Shown here one piece after another: positions 12,804-26,228 of a stretch of 64,000 bases of DNA. Positions within the stretch are counted from its first letter, which is position 1; every line of letters begins with the position of its first letter. The notes below the pieces were generated by a model, which worked only from the letters and a program-made list of their open reading frames with translations, was not told the origin of the DNA and searched no databases. The position numbers and the translations under genes are program-made. Source of the DNA: Yuukianura sp. NJ FZ-2021 (lineage: Eukaryota); NCBI GenBank assembly GCA_046563655.1, contig CM102290.1, positions 806,001 through 870,000 of the forward strand, written 5' to 3'.

Positions 12804-15372
12804 GCAAACAAAAACATAAAGTAGCTCATCCTTTCGCTACTTAATAACCTCTCTTGTGACATAACATTTTTCCCGTCTTTTATTGGCAAATAGGATAAGT
12901 ATATTTTACAATAGTGGTGTTACAAAGTTATAATGCATTGCACTGGAGAAACCCCTATTATTGTTAAAGTTTAGCACAGAGCTCTTTTGCCTTTAGAATT
13001 TGTCTAGGAATAACAATTAGTAGTCGTCCACCAGTCAGTCGTAACACTTGAAAAATAATCCATGACCATTCCTAATACTCAATCAAAAAGTTAGCGTTAG
13101 TCAGAATACAAAATTTTAGTCAGAACTCAACAGTGATAATTACAAAAAAAAAATTAATACGTATTAAGGCTGCTTTCTAAAATAAGTACACACAAAACAA
13201 TGATATCCGCGCGTTCATTACTTTCCCATACTATCGTTCCTTAAATTAGCAATCTTAAGTCTACCTAACAATTTTAAACAATACTAAAAATGTTAATGTT
13301 GAATCATATTGCAAGTGAGCGAAAGTCTTGTTATATTACGTAAGTGAGTTTATCAATAATGAACTCAATTGAACTTTATACTTATATTTCCTTCTTGGTT
13401 TCTTTTGCCTTATTTACCATTCCCAGTTTGGTTTTAGTATAAAACATTGACTAGTTTAGTGCGAGATGGAGTCAACTGGATCAGTTTTACAACTGGCCAG
13501 CCTTTTTTAAAACATGCGAAATTGTAGTGTGATGCGATTCGTCCCGTAATTTTTAAACTTATTTAAAATAGTCGTCCTACAATCATAGGTTAGAGGAAAA
13601 ATAGAGTGAAAATACAAAAATCTAGCGCACGTATCCTACGTATGTTAAGAGCTAAAAGTTTTTTGGGAGCAGCCAGAGATAGAATGTCTAAAGTCGTAGA
13701 AAGGTAAATGTAAAGGAAGGGCGCATCCTTAATCTCCTCAAACTTTGAAAAAGTCTCCCTACCAGCAGCAGGATCTTGTTAAGTTTAAGACCAAGAGCGT
13801 TTCTACCCCATAAATTCCCTTGTGATAGAAACGGAATAAAATCAGAGCATAACGCTTCTGTTAAGAGCATCGGCATTCAAGAGTCAAGTGCATGAGCAAC
13901 TTTTAAAAAGAAGAAAAATTCTTTAGAAAGAAAGTAGAAAGTTTGAAAACCCGCAGCAGCGAAACTACCGCATTGACGCTTTTAGACTCATCTGCGAACA
14001 TACTTCACTGTTTACCTACTAAAACCTCAGAATTCCAATATCCCAATTTCTTCTTCAACGCTTTCACCATCTTGCACAGGAAATTCGTCTTGGGAATTCA
14101 ATACAAAGTTAGGAAAATCAGGAAATGACGGATGTAAAGAAAATCACATCTCTCAAATTAGAAAGTTCAAATTAATCCAACAATTTTAAGATTTTCCAAC
14201 TTCAGTAACTGTAGAGATGCAACTTTCTCTTTGAAGATGTGAAACAACAAGGCTTAGTAGCTCTGGAATCTTAATAAATGAGGTCCCTCGAGTGGAGAAA
14301 GTGAGGCGGTGCGCAAGAAGACTAACAATTTTCTCAGAATCAGTAGCATTAAAGGGGTGGTGTGTATGTTACCACTAGAGAAATTGTTTCCTGGAAGCAA
14401 TATCATGTAAAGTCCACTACCCATTTTTATTAGGAATGGTCTTACATTCCTGTCATTTCCTAAACTTGTCCACTAGTATCCGGGTATACAAGGGAAAGAA
14501 TGGAGCCTTGAAAGACAAAAATTGAAAACTTTTCCGCTCAAGTAAAGGAGACGACGAGGTTTTGGTGAAAGGCTCTCCCTGGTGCCTCTTTCAGTGAAAG
14601 TTAGCCAGAATCCTGTAGTGGAGGAGGCAGCTGGAGAGCGCCTTTCCAAGAAAATAATATCATCATCGCCATCACACCTAACTTTCTCCATTGGGTTCCC
14701 TCCAGCATAGGTAGGCATACTTTCTCAGTTCATCCCAGTGGAGGAGCCAACAGAGGACAAGACAGACACAATAACATGGAGACAAGATAAAGTCTCAAGT
14801 CCTTGGACTTTTTTCTTGGAGGGAAAGTAAAGCAGAGAAGTTAGTAGAAAAGGAAAGTGGGTCCGACGTTAAAAGATAAAGACAATGGAGTGGGAGACGT
14901 GGGTAATAAATAACTAAAACCTGTGGCTTTCGCTCATTAAGCAGCAGCAGCCTCTCTTTAAAATACTGAACTTTCTTTTTCCTCCTAACGCTCCAAATGT
15001 TGTAAAGTGAAAAGAAAAAAGTTGTTTGTTTCCTGCCGCCGCCACGTGAACCTTTACACAATTCTAATCGTGATTCGCAACACGTAGCGTCGCCACCTTC
15101 TCAGGAGTCATCTAAACAAACTACTAAGGTTAGGGCATTTACATATGTCAATAAAATGTATAATACTATAAAAGAAAATAACAAATTAGCAACTATTATA
15201 AATCTGATCACCAGGTGAATCGTCGTCCGAGTCACTCGTCACTTAGAAACTTAGCATTAAAAAAGTCATTGGCTCTAAAAAAAACAACAACTTAATTTCT
15301 CGATAGAGTTATGATGGTCATTGCGGAGAGCCCACTTGCGGCAAGACATCAGCGCTCGCTTTCTCTTGTTCT

Positions 15373-18300
15373 TTACAATGCGTGAATAGTAGTGACGGGA
15401 TCATTATATACAAGTGCTGAGGCTATGAGATGGAACTGATTTTCGTAGCTTACTAATCTTCCCATCAGTCTTAGAAATAGGTTCGAAACTTAATTTTCTT
15501 GGATTTCCTAAGGCAATCAATGCCGACCCCATGCAAATCCCTGACACATCAAACCAAAAAAATGATTAGCCAAATATTTTCGTGATATACAATGCATGTT
15601 ACATATCGAAATGAATACCAGATTGGCCTGGCGGAGCAAACGTTTTTCCACCAGTAGGTAAAGACACGATACAACTGAGGACAGCAGCCCTATTTCCATG
15701 ACAAGGCTCAAGAGCTATCGGACCAGGACACTCCTGAAAAACATTAATCCAGCCCAAAATTATTCCAAAATTTCTATTTTTCTATATTTTCAACCCAAAA
15801 AACACACAAGGAACAAGGTTGGAACAGATTTAGCAAAGGATTCAGATTCAAAGGATCCAACCACATCCGTTATGCTATATTTAGTTTCCAGCATCCAACA
15901 TTAAACCACATACAAATTGGACTGGATATGACATATCGGCTCTTCAAATCTCCAGAAACCACTCCATCTTCCAATCTTCTTATAGTTCCCTCCACGCCCA
16001 GTTTCCAAGTTTGCAGATGATAGAAGAAGAAAGCTATGCATTTTCATTTTTGAGATTCCTCAACCATTCCTTTACCCATGCTAAATCACACTTTGTCACC
16101 ATCCACTCCTTACATCATCTCCCACCAACTAGAAAGCTATTCACAAAACTCAAGTGCCAACTTTTCCTCCGTGTTTCCTTAGCTTTCATTCAAAACCTTT
16201 CATGCAAGGAATTTCAACTGAAACCATTAAATACTACGCATTCCAAGGAGAAACACAAGGAGAGCAGGAGTCATGCCACTAAAATTCAAACTCAAATAAA
16301 TCCACAACGACCAAGGACAAGGAGAGTTATCAAGCATTATGCACAAACTCAATGTGAATCGCACCAGAATTGGAAGGGAAAGTAGGAGCGGGAAAAGTAT
16401 TATTGCTGCCTCCCACAGTCCAAGCAATTCAGCCGTACAAGAACAGAAAACAAATATTCATACTCCAAATTCCCAGTCAATCCTCACTTAAGCATTCATA
16501 ATTTAGGAGTTCAACGAAATTAGGTTGATGACATGAAAGCGAGAGGTAACAAAACTGGCTGGTCTTACCTTTCTCCGCTTCCGGAGAGATGACAATCCAT
16601 TGGAGGTGAGTCCTCTCCCTGCCTCCATGTAGATTTGAGCGAAAGGTCGACTTGCCATTTGCTCCATTTCAACAAACAGGCGCTGTACGAACCAAAAAAA
16701 ATAAAATAAATCAAACTTTTTTTTGTCAACTTTTTCTAATTTCGTTTCCAGTTTTTACAATGTTTTAGACCATTTCCAATAGTTTCCCGCGAAAAAAAAA
16801 TTTTTTTTGGGCCTATACATGTTGTAGGACTGTGACTTTTTGAAAATGAAGGGAAGGGCGACCCATCCAGAGTTAACAAGCAGGACGGACGGACGGACAC
16901 GATTACTATAAGTATCTGACGATACTTAATAAAATGCAACAAAGTGCAGTCAATTTAAATTTTTTTAAATTTTATTTCATTTAAAAAAACCAGGCATATT
17001 GTAAAATTTCCAACTCTGGCCCCTTCGTATCAAAAAAAAAACTTCAAACTTTTTTTTGTCCACTTAAACCCACTTAAAAATTAACTTATTTTCGTGTTCT
17101 GAAACGTGCAATTAGGCAAAACAATTTTTTTTTTGAATTTTGAAAGTGGATCCCGAATTTTTCGGATCCACTAAAGAAACTTTGTTAACTTTTTCGAATT
17201 TTTTTTCCCTCGTTTTTCCACTATTTACGATGTTTTAAACCATTTCCAACCGTGTCACGCAAAAATCTCTTTTGGTTCGGTAGGTTGCATTGATTGACTT
17301 TGAACTTTTCGGTTGTTTGATACATGAAAAAGGACTTTGAAAGTTTCAAATTGAAACTAATTGGACTCACACTTTTTCGCATCCCGCAAACAAACCTTTT
17401 TTTTTCTTTTGTAAAATTTTCTGAGCCTCCTTTTTTCTAACTACAGGAAACTGAAGTCTACTGATGGTTGGAAGCCAGAAACGTGGACGCACTTCTAGAG
17501 TCCAGCGACAGTGTTGACGAAATGGGTATGGGGAGCCTGAGCTATTATATAGCATTCGAAGGTTGCTAGTAAATTTTAAGTTTCTCAATAATAAAGTTTC
17601 ACAACAAAAACTTTCGCTTCCCGGTACCATTGCTACCAACAGTTTGAAGTTAATACACAGCAAATGCGCAGAAGTGAAGTCTTTGAGCAAGTAAAAAGTA
17701 TTCTTTGTTTAGAAACCTTTGAAAGGTGTAAACATAAAAAAGAGAAAGTAAAATATTGAAAAAAAAACTCACCTGTCTTCTCCGGTACATATCGTATTTT
17801 TGCTTAATTTTCCATAAACAGGCTGCGATTATCAGCAGAATTAAAAAACACCTAAAAAATCAAATAAAAACCAAAATCAGTTCATCAAAAATAAAAAAAA
17901 ATGAAAGGAAGGATGTCTAGAGGGATTGATGTAAGAAATCACTTATAGTTTTGAGAAAGTCATGACGCTTTCAACTACTAGTTACCACACGATTCACATA
18001 GTTTTAGTTTCAAAGAATTAGATATTAGACTTTGATCCCATCAGGAAACAGAATCCTGTGTCATTAGAAGCTCAAAGATTCAAAATAACTTCTATCAATT
18101 TTGTCATTCTGTGCAAAAGCAGTGCTTTCTCCAATGAACCTTATCGTTAGTAAATTGAAAAAAAAAAATCGGAAAATAACATCCCGACTTCAGTCAAAAA
18201 ATTATTAACAGCATTTTTATGTCTAAACCTCTCCAGAACAAGCTACAGCATTTAGTGAAAATAAAAATGAAATCTGCAGTTCGGAAAAAAATGATGGGTG

Positions 18301-21300
18301 AAAACTTTCGTTATAGGTTTTCTTTGTCCGTCTACCCGAATTAATGTTAAATTCGGACTTTTTGTTTTTCGCGTCATGTACCGTCAGAAATAGCGGATTT
18401 GATTTGTCATGACTTCGAGTCCAATTCTTTCCAAAATCGAAAATCTCAATACAAAAATGTGAAGATTCCTTAAACGAAAAAGTTTTCTTCTGGTCTAGAA
18501 AACCTTTTACGAAGTACGAGCATCCACAACTTTTTACATTCAAAAATGAATTTAAAAAGTAATACAAAGCGCGGAAAAAGAAGTTTGAAACTGTGATTTC
18601 TTTGGATGCAACCGTTGAAGCTAATGCAATACTGTTACACCTTGTTATCACAGTTCCTGTGGTTTCTCCGTGTTAAATCAACCAAGAAAACCTAGACAGT
18701 AATATCCAATCTCCTGTCAGGACACATTTGAGGGAGAGAAAGGTGAGGAAAGAATTCAGCATGAATGCGTATAAGGAATACACTTCGGCGGAGAAAGGCA
18801 GAAAAAATACGGCAGTACAAATGTAGTACTGGCAGGAAAAGGAAAGAGTTTTTTGAGTTTGCCCAATTGTTAAAGTCGGGCTTCCACTTCCTAACTCTCT
18901 TTTTCCACAACATCAACTTACGTAGAAAAGGTGATGAAAAAATGAAGAAGATCCAATTTTGGTGACTGCGAGAAAGAAATTTGAATCCAGAGTGGAGGTT
19001 TGAAGTCGTACACGTAAACCAAGAATGTCGTATTATCCAAACTCCCAAAATTATAGTCGGTCTTGAGGAAACGGGTTTTGTACGTGGTACAATTGTGACT
19101 TGACAGTAGAACTTTCTCTCCAAGTCCTGCTAAATACAAAGACAAACACAAATTACATAACTTTTTTAATCCCTCCCTTCCTTTCTTTTTTCCGATTTCT
19201 TCTCCTGCTGATTAATTCATTCCTTTCACGCCTTCCAAATTAAAAGATGCAGCGGATGAGAATGGAACTTACCCGTCCTAACAGTAATATTTATTTTCGC
19301 TAGAATTGAGCATGTGACCTATAGAAAAACAAAGACGCATGAAATAAAAATTGGGAAAAAAAATTCAATTTTGAATTACCATGAAATCAGTATCAATGTC
19401 TGGTTTCGTCGGAGAATTCTTAAAATTTATTTGTCGTAGATGGAGATCCTCCTTCTTGGACAAGTTAAACGTAAACTGGTAGTCAATTTGCAGATCATCT
19501 GGTAGATTGAAAAAGAAACAAAATTAACCTATAAATACTTTAAGAATTTCACAGAAACTATAATGGAAATGCAAAACTTACAGAAACAGGATCCACCATT
19601 TGTGGGATCCCCGGCACTGAAACGAAAATAGTAATAACAAATTACAAACGCAGTCATAAAAGATCACTTCATTTTAAAGTGAAAATCGTTTATAAGTTTA
19701 TGATCCCAACCCAAGGGAGAACTGATAACAAGAAAACTTACTAGTTGCTTTGAGTATCACAGTGCTGGCAGTGTTCTCCAGAAATTCCTTTTGTTGTACA
19801 ATAACATCGGCCTGTTTCTCGGTTGCAAGTATCCGCCTGGCCGTTACATTCGCATGCTAAGGTAGAAAATAATATGATCGATCAGACCACTTCAAAAATA
19901 CAGTGTAGCAAACTTTGAGCGGCGAAGTGTTGTATATTTTTTCTGATTCTCACGTTTGCAAACGCCGCCGTTGATAGGATTTCCGTAGAAGCCTGAAATA
20001 CAGGATTCGCAAGCTTCCCCCTCCGTGAAACCTTCGCACTGAATGCATCTGTTCTCCTCGTCACAGGAACTATGGCCGTTGCACTGACAATCTGCAAATA
20101 AAAATCGCACATGATAAACGTATCATTCACGTAGTAGTTAGTAGATACTAATCATAAGTACTAATCATAAGTAGATACGGCTTTCATTGCCATCCTCGTC
20201 TTCACACCTTCTGTAAAAAAAATCCTAATTAGTAATTGGCAATTACTAACCTGGACATGACGTAAAATTCCAATGTTTTGCTGGACATATTTTCTTTTCA
20301 ACAAAGGCTCCAGTACCGTTGACATGTAACGGTCCCCGGTTAGATCCTTCCATGCAGTATCCGAGACCAGTTCCTGTTCCACTGTCACACCAGCCACAAG
20401 AAGGCAACGACAGGCAAGTATCACAGGAAGCTACATCTTGACATTCTGTGGAACATTCGAATTCAATTCAAGCAATAGAATATATTGTTGTTAGAATTTG
20501 GCATCATGTAAAATCTTACGTGACGAGGAATTTGTCATACGCGGGTCCTTTGAACTACACAAGCTTGGACTCTGTGCCCAAGACATACATTGGCCGTAAG
20601 GAAAGGAAACGACGTATGCATTTTTGTCAACACAAGTGGACAGATTGTTGCACCAAATGCAGCTACTGGAAGTGCAGTTGAAACATGAGGTATGATCTGT
20701 ACAACTCCGTTCACAGATTACAGGTTCAGCTTCGGTGCCATTCCCTAAAACACAAATAAGCAATATAAAATAAGAATTAATAATAAAGATATTGCGTCGT
20801 CACCGCCGATATAATTTTAAATTTTGATGCGGAGGTTGTTCCGGCCAAAGCACTTACTATTGGTGGGAAGATCTCGGACACACTGAGGCTCCTTTTCCTT
20901 ATTCCAGGCACAACTTGTTTCTGAAGTGCAAAGTAGACAGTTGTGAGCATATGGTGCGCACTTGTACTTGTACTCCTCAGCAGTACATTGATCTAACGCA
21001 GCAACAGCCTGCCAAAAATTACCAAAAAAATGCAATATTATCAAAAAGCTTCACACAGAGTTTTCGTCCTCACCTTGTGTTTGGTATCTTTACACTTTGT
21101 GTCAGTGTGTTGGCATTGCCCGGCACACCAAACGCAGTCATAAGTATTTTCAACACACGCAGAGCAGCTCGTCAAGTTCTCACAGAGGTAGCGTCCAGCA
21201 GTAGAAGCGTCAACCAGGCACTTGTTTTTGGAACTGCTGACATCTTCGCACTTACTAGACGTGTCGTTCCAACTACATTTTTGCCCTAGTAGTTTGCTAG

Positions 21301-24170
21301 TTGAGCATGTTGAGTACGATAAAGTTTCGCACGTTGGCGGAGTAAAACGAATCAAATCGTTGAGTATGCCACCATTGAAGCCTCCCCAAGTATAAATAGA
21401 GTCCCCATACTCAGTCGAAGAATGTCCGTAATGAGCCAGCTCCGTTGGAAAATTCTCTGGTGGATCAAGGGTAGTCCAAGAATTGCAAGCAATATCGTAT
21501 ACCAACACTTCACTGGTGAAGCACTTTGAGCCAAGGCTGTAGGCGGTGTCATTGTGTCCATTTCCTCCAAATATCATCAGGAAACCGCCTGATATAACGG
21601 AAGAATGAAGAAATCTTGCTTCTGGACCAACCTCCAGTGAATGCCTAAAATAAAAACCTGACTTTGAGACAAGACGTGAGATTCAAACAAACAAAAAAAA
21701 ACAAAAACAAAAAATAGTCACGAAACTTACCAGATACGATTGATTGGTTCGTAAGTATGAAGGCTATTTGTAAGAGCGGTTTCTCCAAGCCGATAACCAC
21801 CGTAGACATAAATCTTTTGAGAAGATGGATCCCAGTTTGCTGTATGTCCATAACTTCCAGTTACAGGATAACCCTTGGTATCTACAATGTTCCATACTGG
21901 CCCGTCTAGGAGAAGAAAGTTTTCTTTAGATTGCGACGCGATTGTGGAACAAAACTTGAAAGTAAACGCAGCTTGATCTAAACTTACTGAAGTGGAACTC
22001 TTGAACCAGGTTAGCATAGCCATAGTAAGGAGAATGTCCTAGAAGCACCACCATTTTACTTTTGTTGTGTCGCGTGCGGTTGCCTTTTTCGTTTACAACA
22101 ACTGCTGCATGTCCCGCAACTTGGATTGGACCTGAATTATTCATGTCGTTAATTACTAGGCGTCATTTCGATAAAAACCAAAGTTAAATTGCTGTTAGCT
22201 TACCGCAGATAGATCTCCTGCAACCCCCGTTCTCTCGACTGAAACTTACTTCTGACCAATGTCGGGTGAGTAAATCAAGCGCCCAAATGGCATTTGAAAC
22301 GTACCTTGTGCCATAACGCCCGTCGTGAACCCCGCCGTATACATAAATCTTATTCTGTTGAAAAAAAAAATAGCAGAATAAAACGCCAAGGTAAACTTGG
22401 GATTGACAATAAGTAAACAACTCACGTCATAAACGACACTTGTGTGACCGTAAAGTAGTGGCAAGCTACCCTTGGTTTGAACTTTCTCCCAAGTATTCTC
22501 TGGATAAATAGAAGGATAAAACATGACTGCACAGTTATTCACATTCAAAAAAAAATCAAAGAGGTAGTAACTCCATACGTTTAAGATCATATCGATACAC
22601 TGGAGGCTTCTTAACATCGAGATTCAAATTGGTTCCAGCGATGATCCACAAGGAGTGATTGTGCACCACGGCGGAATGAGAAGCCAATCCTTTTGGTTGG
22701 TGGGATTTCGAAGTTAAAACTTCCCAAAACCCATCCTGTGAGTCAATCCGTTGGCTGCAGTCGAATCCTAAATTGATAAACGGCTTTTAAATGTTTATTT
22801 TCCTAAGCTTCGCTAGCCTACTGGTTATTATTACCTTGAAAGCCGTCGAAACATTGACACTTGTGTAGCTCCATATCACAACTGCCCTGTGAACTACAAT
22901 TGTTGGGACACTTCTCCAGATTGCAAGCTGACCCCGTCCATTTTGCATCACAGGTACACTTGCCATCCAAACAGACTCCATGGCCAGAACAAATGAGGTC
23001 TGCATGTCCAATTGGGCACGATAGGGTTCTATCATTCGAGAAAAAAATCAACCGAAATTCGTATTAGTACTTGCCATTACTGTTATAATTATTAATTTAA
23101 ACTGGTTGCTAAAACTGAACTAAATAGAACATGTACCGGTAGGTTATATTGAACCCAGTGAGGTTGTAAGCGACGTCTGTGTAAAAATGTAAGAGAGCAT
23201 ATCCAGATTTTGCAACGACCCCTGGTTTACGTAATACTTTGTAGTTATCTTGAACTAGGAGACCACTGTAAGAAAGTCACGTCGGTTTCTGAATTCAATC
23301 TTATACGAAACGTTAAAAACAAAAACGATGACTAAAAAACTAAGCGGAACATTCTTTTACCTAAATACGCTGAGAAGTGGAGCGTACACGCTGTCTCCGT
23401 CAAATATGTACAAATGATCCCACCCGCATTCCGTAGCGAATTCTTCAATGTTGAGAAAGATGGGAGAAGTCACGATTGTTCCATTTGCCATTTTTCGGTT
23501 GGAATCAATCAACCAAGTACATCTAATTTAAAAATTATATATGGAAAGTCCATTAGCAACGTGCACATTATAAACTTTTACGACGCTCCAATAAATAGAC
23601 AATTACTTCATATTGCTAGTGTAGTTCCCGTATCCGTCAGTTATCCAGCCTGTTTCGTCTGATAACCTAAAACAGGGAAATTGACGAGTTTTTAGGAGTC
23701 AGCAAATGTGAATGCAATGATTCTATACAATTTTCATAAACCTACCTGACTTTCCCGGAGCAATGTTCACAAAACCTCCCAGACCATCCAGTATTGCACC
23801 GACAAGTATCATTGACACATTTCCCATTGCCGAAACAGGGAGGAAGTTCTTCGTGGATCGAGTAATCGGATGCAACTGCTTTACAGTTGTTGGAAGTCGA
23901 AGTTACTTCTATGTTCACTGTTGTGACATTAAGATGACTACTTTCACTTTCAGTGCCTTGAACCTTGGCAATAAGTATGAGGTTAAGGACGAGGAAGCAT
24001 TGGATGCAGATGATTGGACGACGACTAGCTGACCGACATATCAGAGGTAATAACGTCAGCTTCATGAGAAATATCCTAAAGATATTGGATTCCCATTTTC
24101 TCCGATACTTGGATTTGAATAAGAATAAGAACTTCTGCAGTATTCTGAGCATAATCGCATTTTCTTCCAT
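15373..24170 (-). CDS. ATRN: Attractin/attractin-like 1 (distracted-like): EGF-CUB-EGF-Kelch-PSI-laminin EGF-TM, multi-exon
   Basis: Spliced exons give EGF (CFGNGKCVNDTCRCNTGWSGRFCEHC), CUB (EEFATECGWDHLYIFDGDSVYAPL), Kelch repeats (GSYGHT, IYVYGGY, MIFGGNGHND), PSI domains and laminin-EGF. The C-terminal part reads YQFTFNLSKKED, TM ...CFLILLIIAACLWKIKQKYDMYRRRQ (about 17773-17851), RLFVEMEQMASRPF (about 16570-16683) and PIALEPCHGNRAAVLS (15619-15733). The last exon (IASALV, stop at 15373) is less certain. Confidence 0.93.
16700..16930 (-). mobile_element. HINE/DINE-1-like fragment in an attractin intron
   Basis: Hairpin TAAGTATC-tgac-GATACTTA (16909-16928) lies next to (GGAC)4 at 16883-16898, which reads (GTCC)n on the - strand, the usual DINE-1/HINE end. 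A diverged copy of the adjacent core recurs at about 17180-17330. Confidence 0.55.
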
Positions 24171-25238
24171 TGATCTCCTGCCTTACGAAGGCACAGAAGA
24201 ACACAATCCGAAGACCCGCCGAGTAGTAGCAACTGCAAACAAAATGGATCCACGACAGTTATTAGTATCTAAGATATGACAGTATAAAAGATTCGAAACA
24301 ACGTCCGCAGGATCTTACTAGATCACGCAGTCCTTGCAGAACGCTGGTTGAGGACAGTCAATTCATTTTGACTCGTCACTACTTAAAAGTCACAGACTGC
24401 GACTCGCAGTCCTTGGTATATTGCGGCACAGCTGGATGACTTGGCTATTTGGACGCTGCTGCATTAGACACTGTAGCACTGGTCCAGTTACTTCTTTGAA
24501 CAGTAGTTCAGAGCCCTTAAAGAACAAACCAATAATTAGTAAAGGGTCAGCAATGTTTCCACAGAATTCTTCACTACATTCAACTCATACAACAACGTCA
24601 AAACAAGTCCAAGTCCATGGAATCACTTCCATCCACTATGTTTACATTAAATTATTCTGCACTTTTACAGTCACACTCGCTACCGAGGAATACAACGTGA
24701 TTCGAACTTAACAAGTCCCTTTTACGATTATCCCGCACACTGACACTAATAAAATCAGCAGTTAAATTAGCCATAAATCCTTTATCGTGACTTGGACTCT
24801 GGGAAAACGAGCAATTAATTCTGACACAGGGGTCATTGCCCTGTATTCCACGTTGCACTTGATCGTTTGAGATACGTTTAGCAACAAAATATGACAAAAG
24901 TCGAGTAAACTGAACCAGTAAAGCAAAATCAATAAACACAATCAAGATAAGGAAGTACAACGTGTAACTTTGTTGCAGTTTTTGTCGTACTAACTGGAAT
25001 AAAAAACGATTCACTTCCTCACTGTACAGGATAAATCCTTGATGCTCTTACCTTGATATTCAGAACCAGCTCGTCCGTACCCTTTGTTTGTGGTTATGAT
25101 GTAGGAGGTGTGTGGTTCTGATTAATTGTGAAGAACAGTGTTAATTAGTACATAATGTTTTCTAGTAGTTTCCCTTGTTTTGTTTTGGAGTCTCCCCTTG
25201 TGAATCACTGTTCACTGTGTACTACCAAAGCACCAGAT

Positions 25239-25260
25239 GAGAGAGATGCAGAGAGAGAGA
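25239..25260. promoter_or_regulatory. GAGA repeat, possible promoter element upstream of attractin
   Basis: gagagaga-tgca-gagagagaga lies upstream (- strand) of a putative non-coding exon that ends at an AAG|GTAAG donor near 25052. Confidence 0.3.
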
Positions 25261-26228
25261 CAACAGGGAGACTTAGTATAACGGTACACCACCACCAATC
25301 AATTACGCCCACAACAACACATATGGACACTCATTCATACGCGGCAATCACCTAACTCAACTTTTACATAAATAGTTTAGTTATTAATACAACAATTATT
25401 ATTATTAATAAATTATAACTGTCACTGCAAACACTTGTAATAATTAATTAATAATTACTAATAAGTATTTCCGCGTACCTTTTTTTCCGTTCCCTTTTGT
25501 GAACTCCTTTTTTTCGAGCTTCATGTTCATTGGCTGGCAAGAATTAAAAAAAAATGGCGGCAAACTTTGAAATTGCGCTTATCGGCATTCCTTTTTCGTT
25601 TTTTTTGGGTAAAACTCAGCTTTCTGTTTTTTTTCAGTAGGTAATGAATTAACGAGTTTTTAAAACTAGTAAAAATGAGTAAATTAATTAATGAATGGTG
25701 AAGATATATACGAAGGAATTTCAAACCCCAAGATCCCAGTTTAATCGGATTTACAAATAATTAGCCCATATACTAAGTAGCATAAATACACTCGAATCAG
25801 TTTTCTTCCCAGATGGAGCTTAAAGTAGTAAGCTCTACGTGAACAGTAATTAGTAACCAAGAAGTTTCAGCTTTGTAAATTAGAATACTTAAAAGCAAGA
25901 GAAAACAAAAATGGTGAACAATATTGTGTGCTGGACGGCATTGAAATGTTGCTTTGGCTGAAATTGTCCGGAGGACATCTAGTCAAAAGCACTGGAAAAG
26001 CATTACTGCAAAGTTTAGTGAATTTTAGGACAACAGAAGACTATGTTTAAATGACCTTGACAGAAACTTACATAAAGTGACACCTTGGTGTCATTTCCAA
26101 CCATTGTATCTAATGAATAACCGTATACCAACGTTAAATATGTGTAACTTGTAAGTGACGAAGTACATCGTTCGTGCTTAGCTGCTCCTTAGACGACCAA
26201 TGTGTACTGCTGCAAAGTCACTTGATTC

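Larger units (their letters stand above)
11442..12843 (-). mobile_element. Non-autonomous Helentron-associated (HINE/DINE-1-like) element with internal tandem arrays
   Basis: A perfect 15-bp inverted repeat, TAAGTAGCGAAAGGA (11442-11456) / TCCTTTCGCTACTTA (12829-12843), brackets two tandem arrays. A partial inverted copy AAGTAGC (12819-12825) next to the right repeat forms a hairpin. No coding capacity and no TSD. This matches HINE architecture; the family call is inference. Confidence 0.65.

Noticed and set aside
1..15300. Short ORFs (60-123 aa) as genes, a recoded genome or an endogenous virus
   Set aside because: No recognisable domains. The frames I translated by hand contain all three stop types, so no single stop reassignment opens them, and I found no consistent exon chain.
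18223..19123. Long - strand ORFs (142-143 aa) in the attractin region as an alternative secreted-isoform exon or nested gene
   Set aside because: They are out-of-frame overlaps of a real exon and intron sequence with non-ATG starts and no protein-like features.
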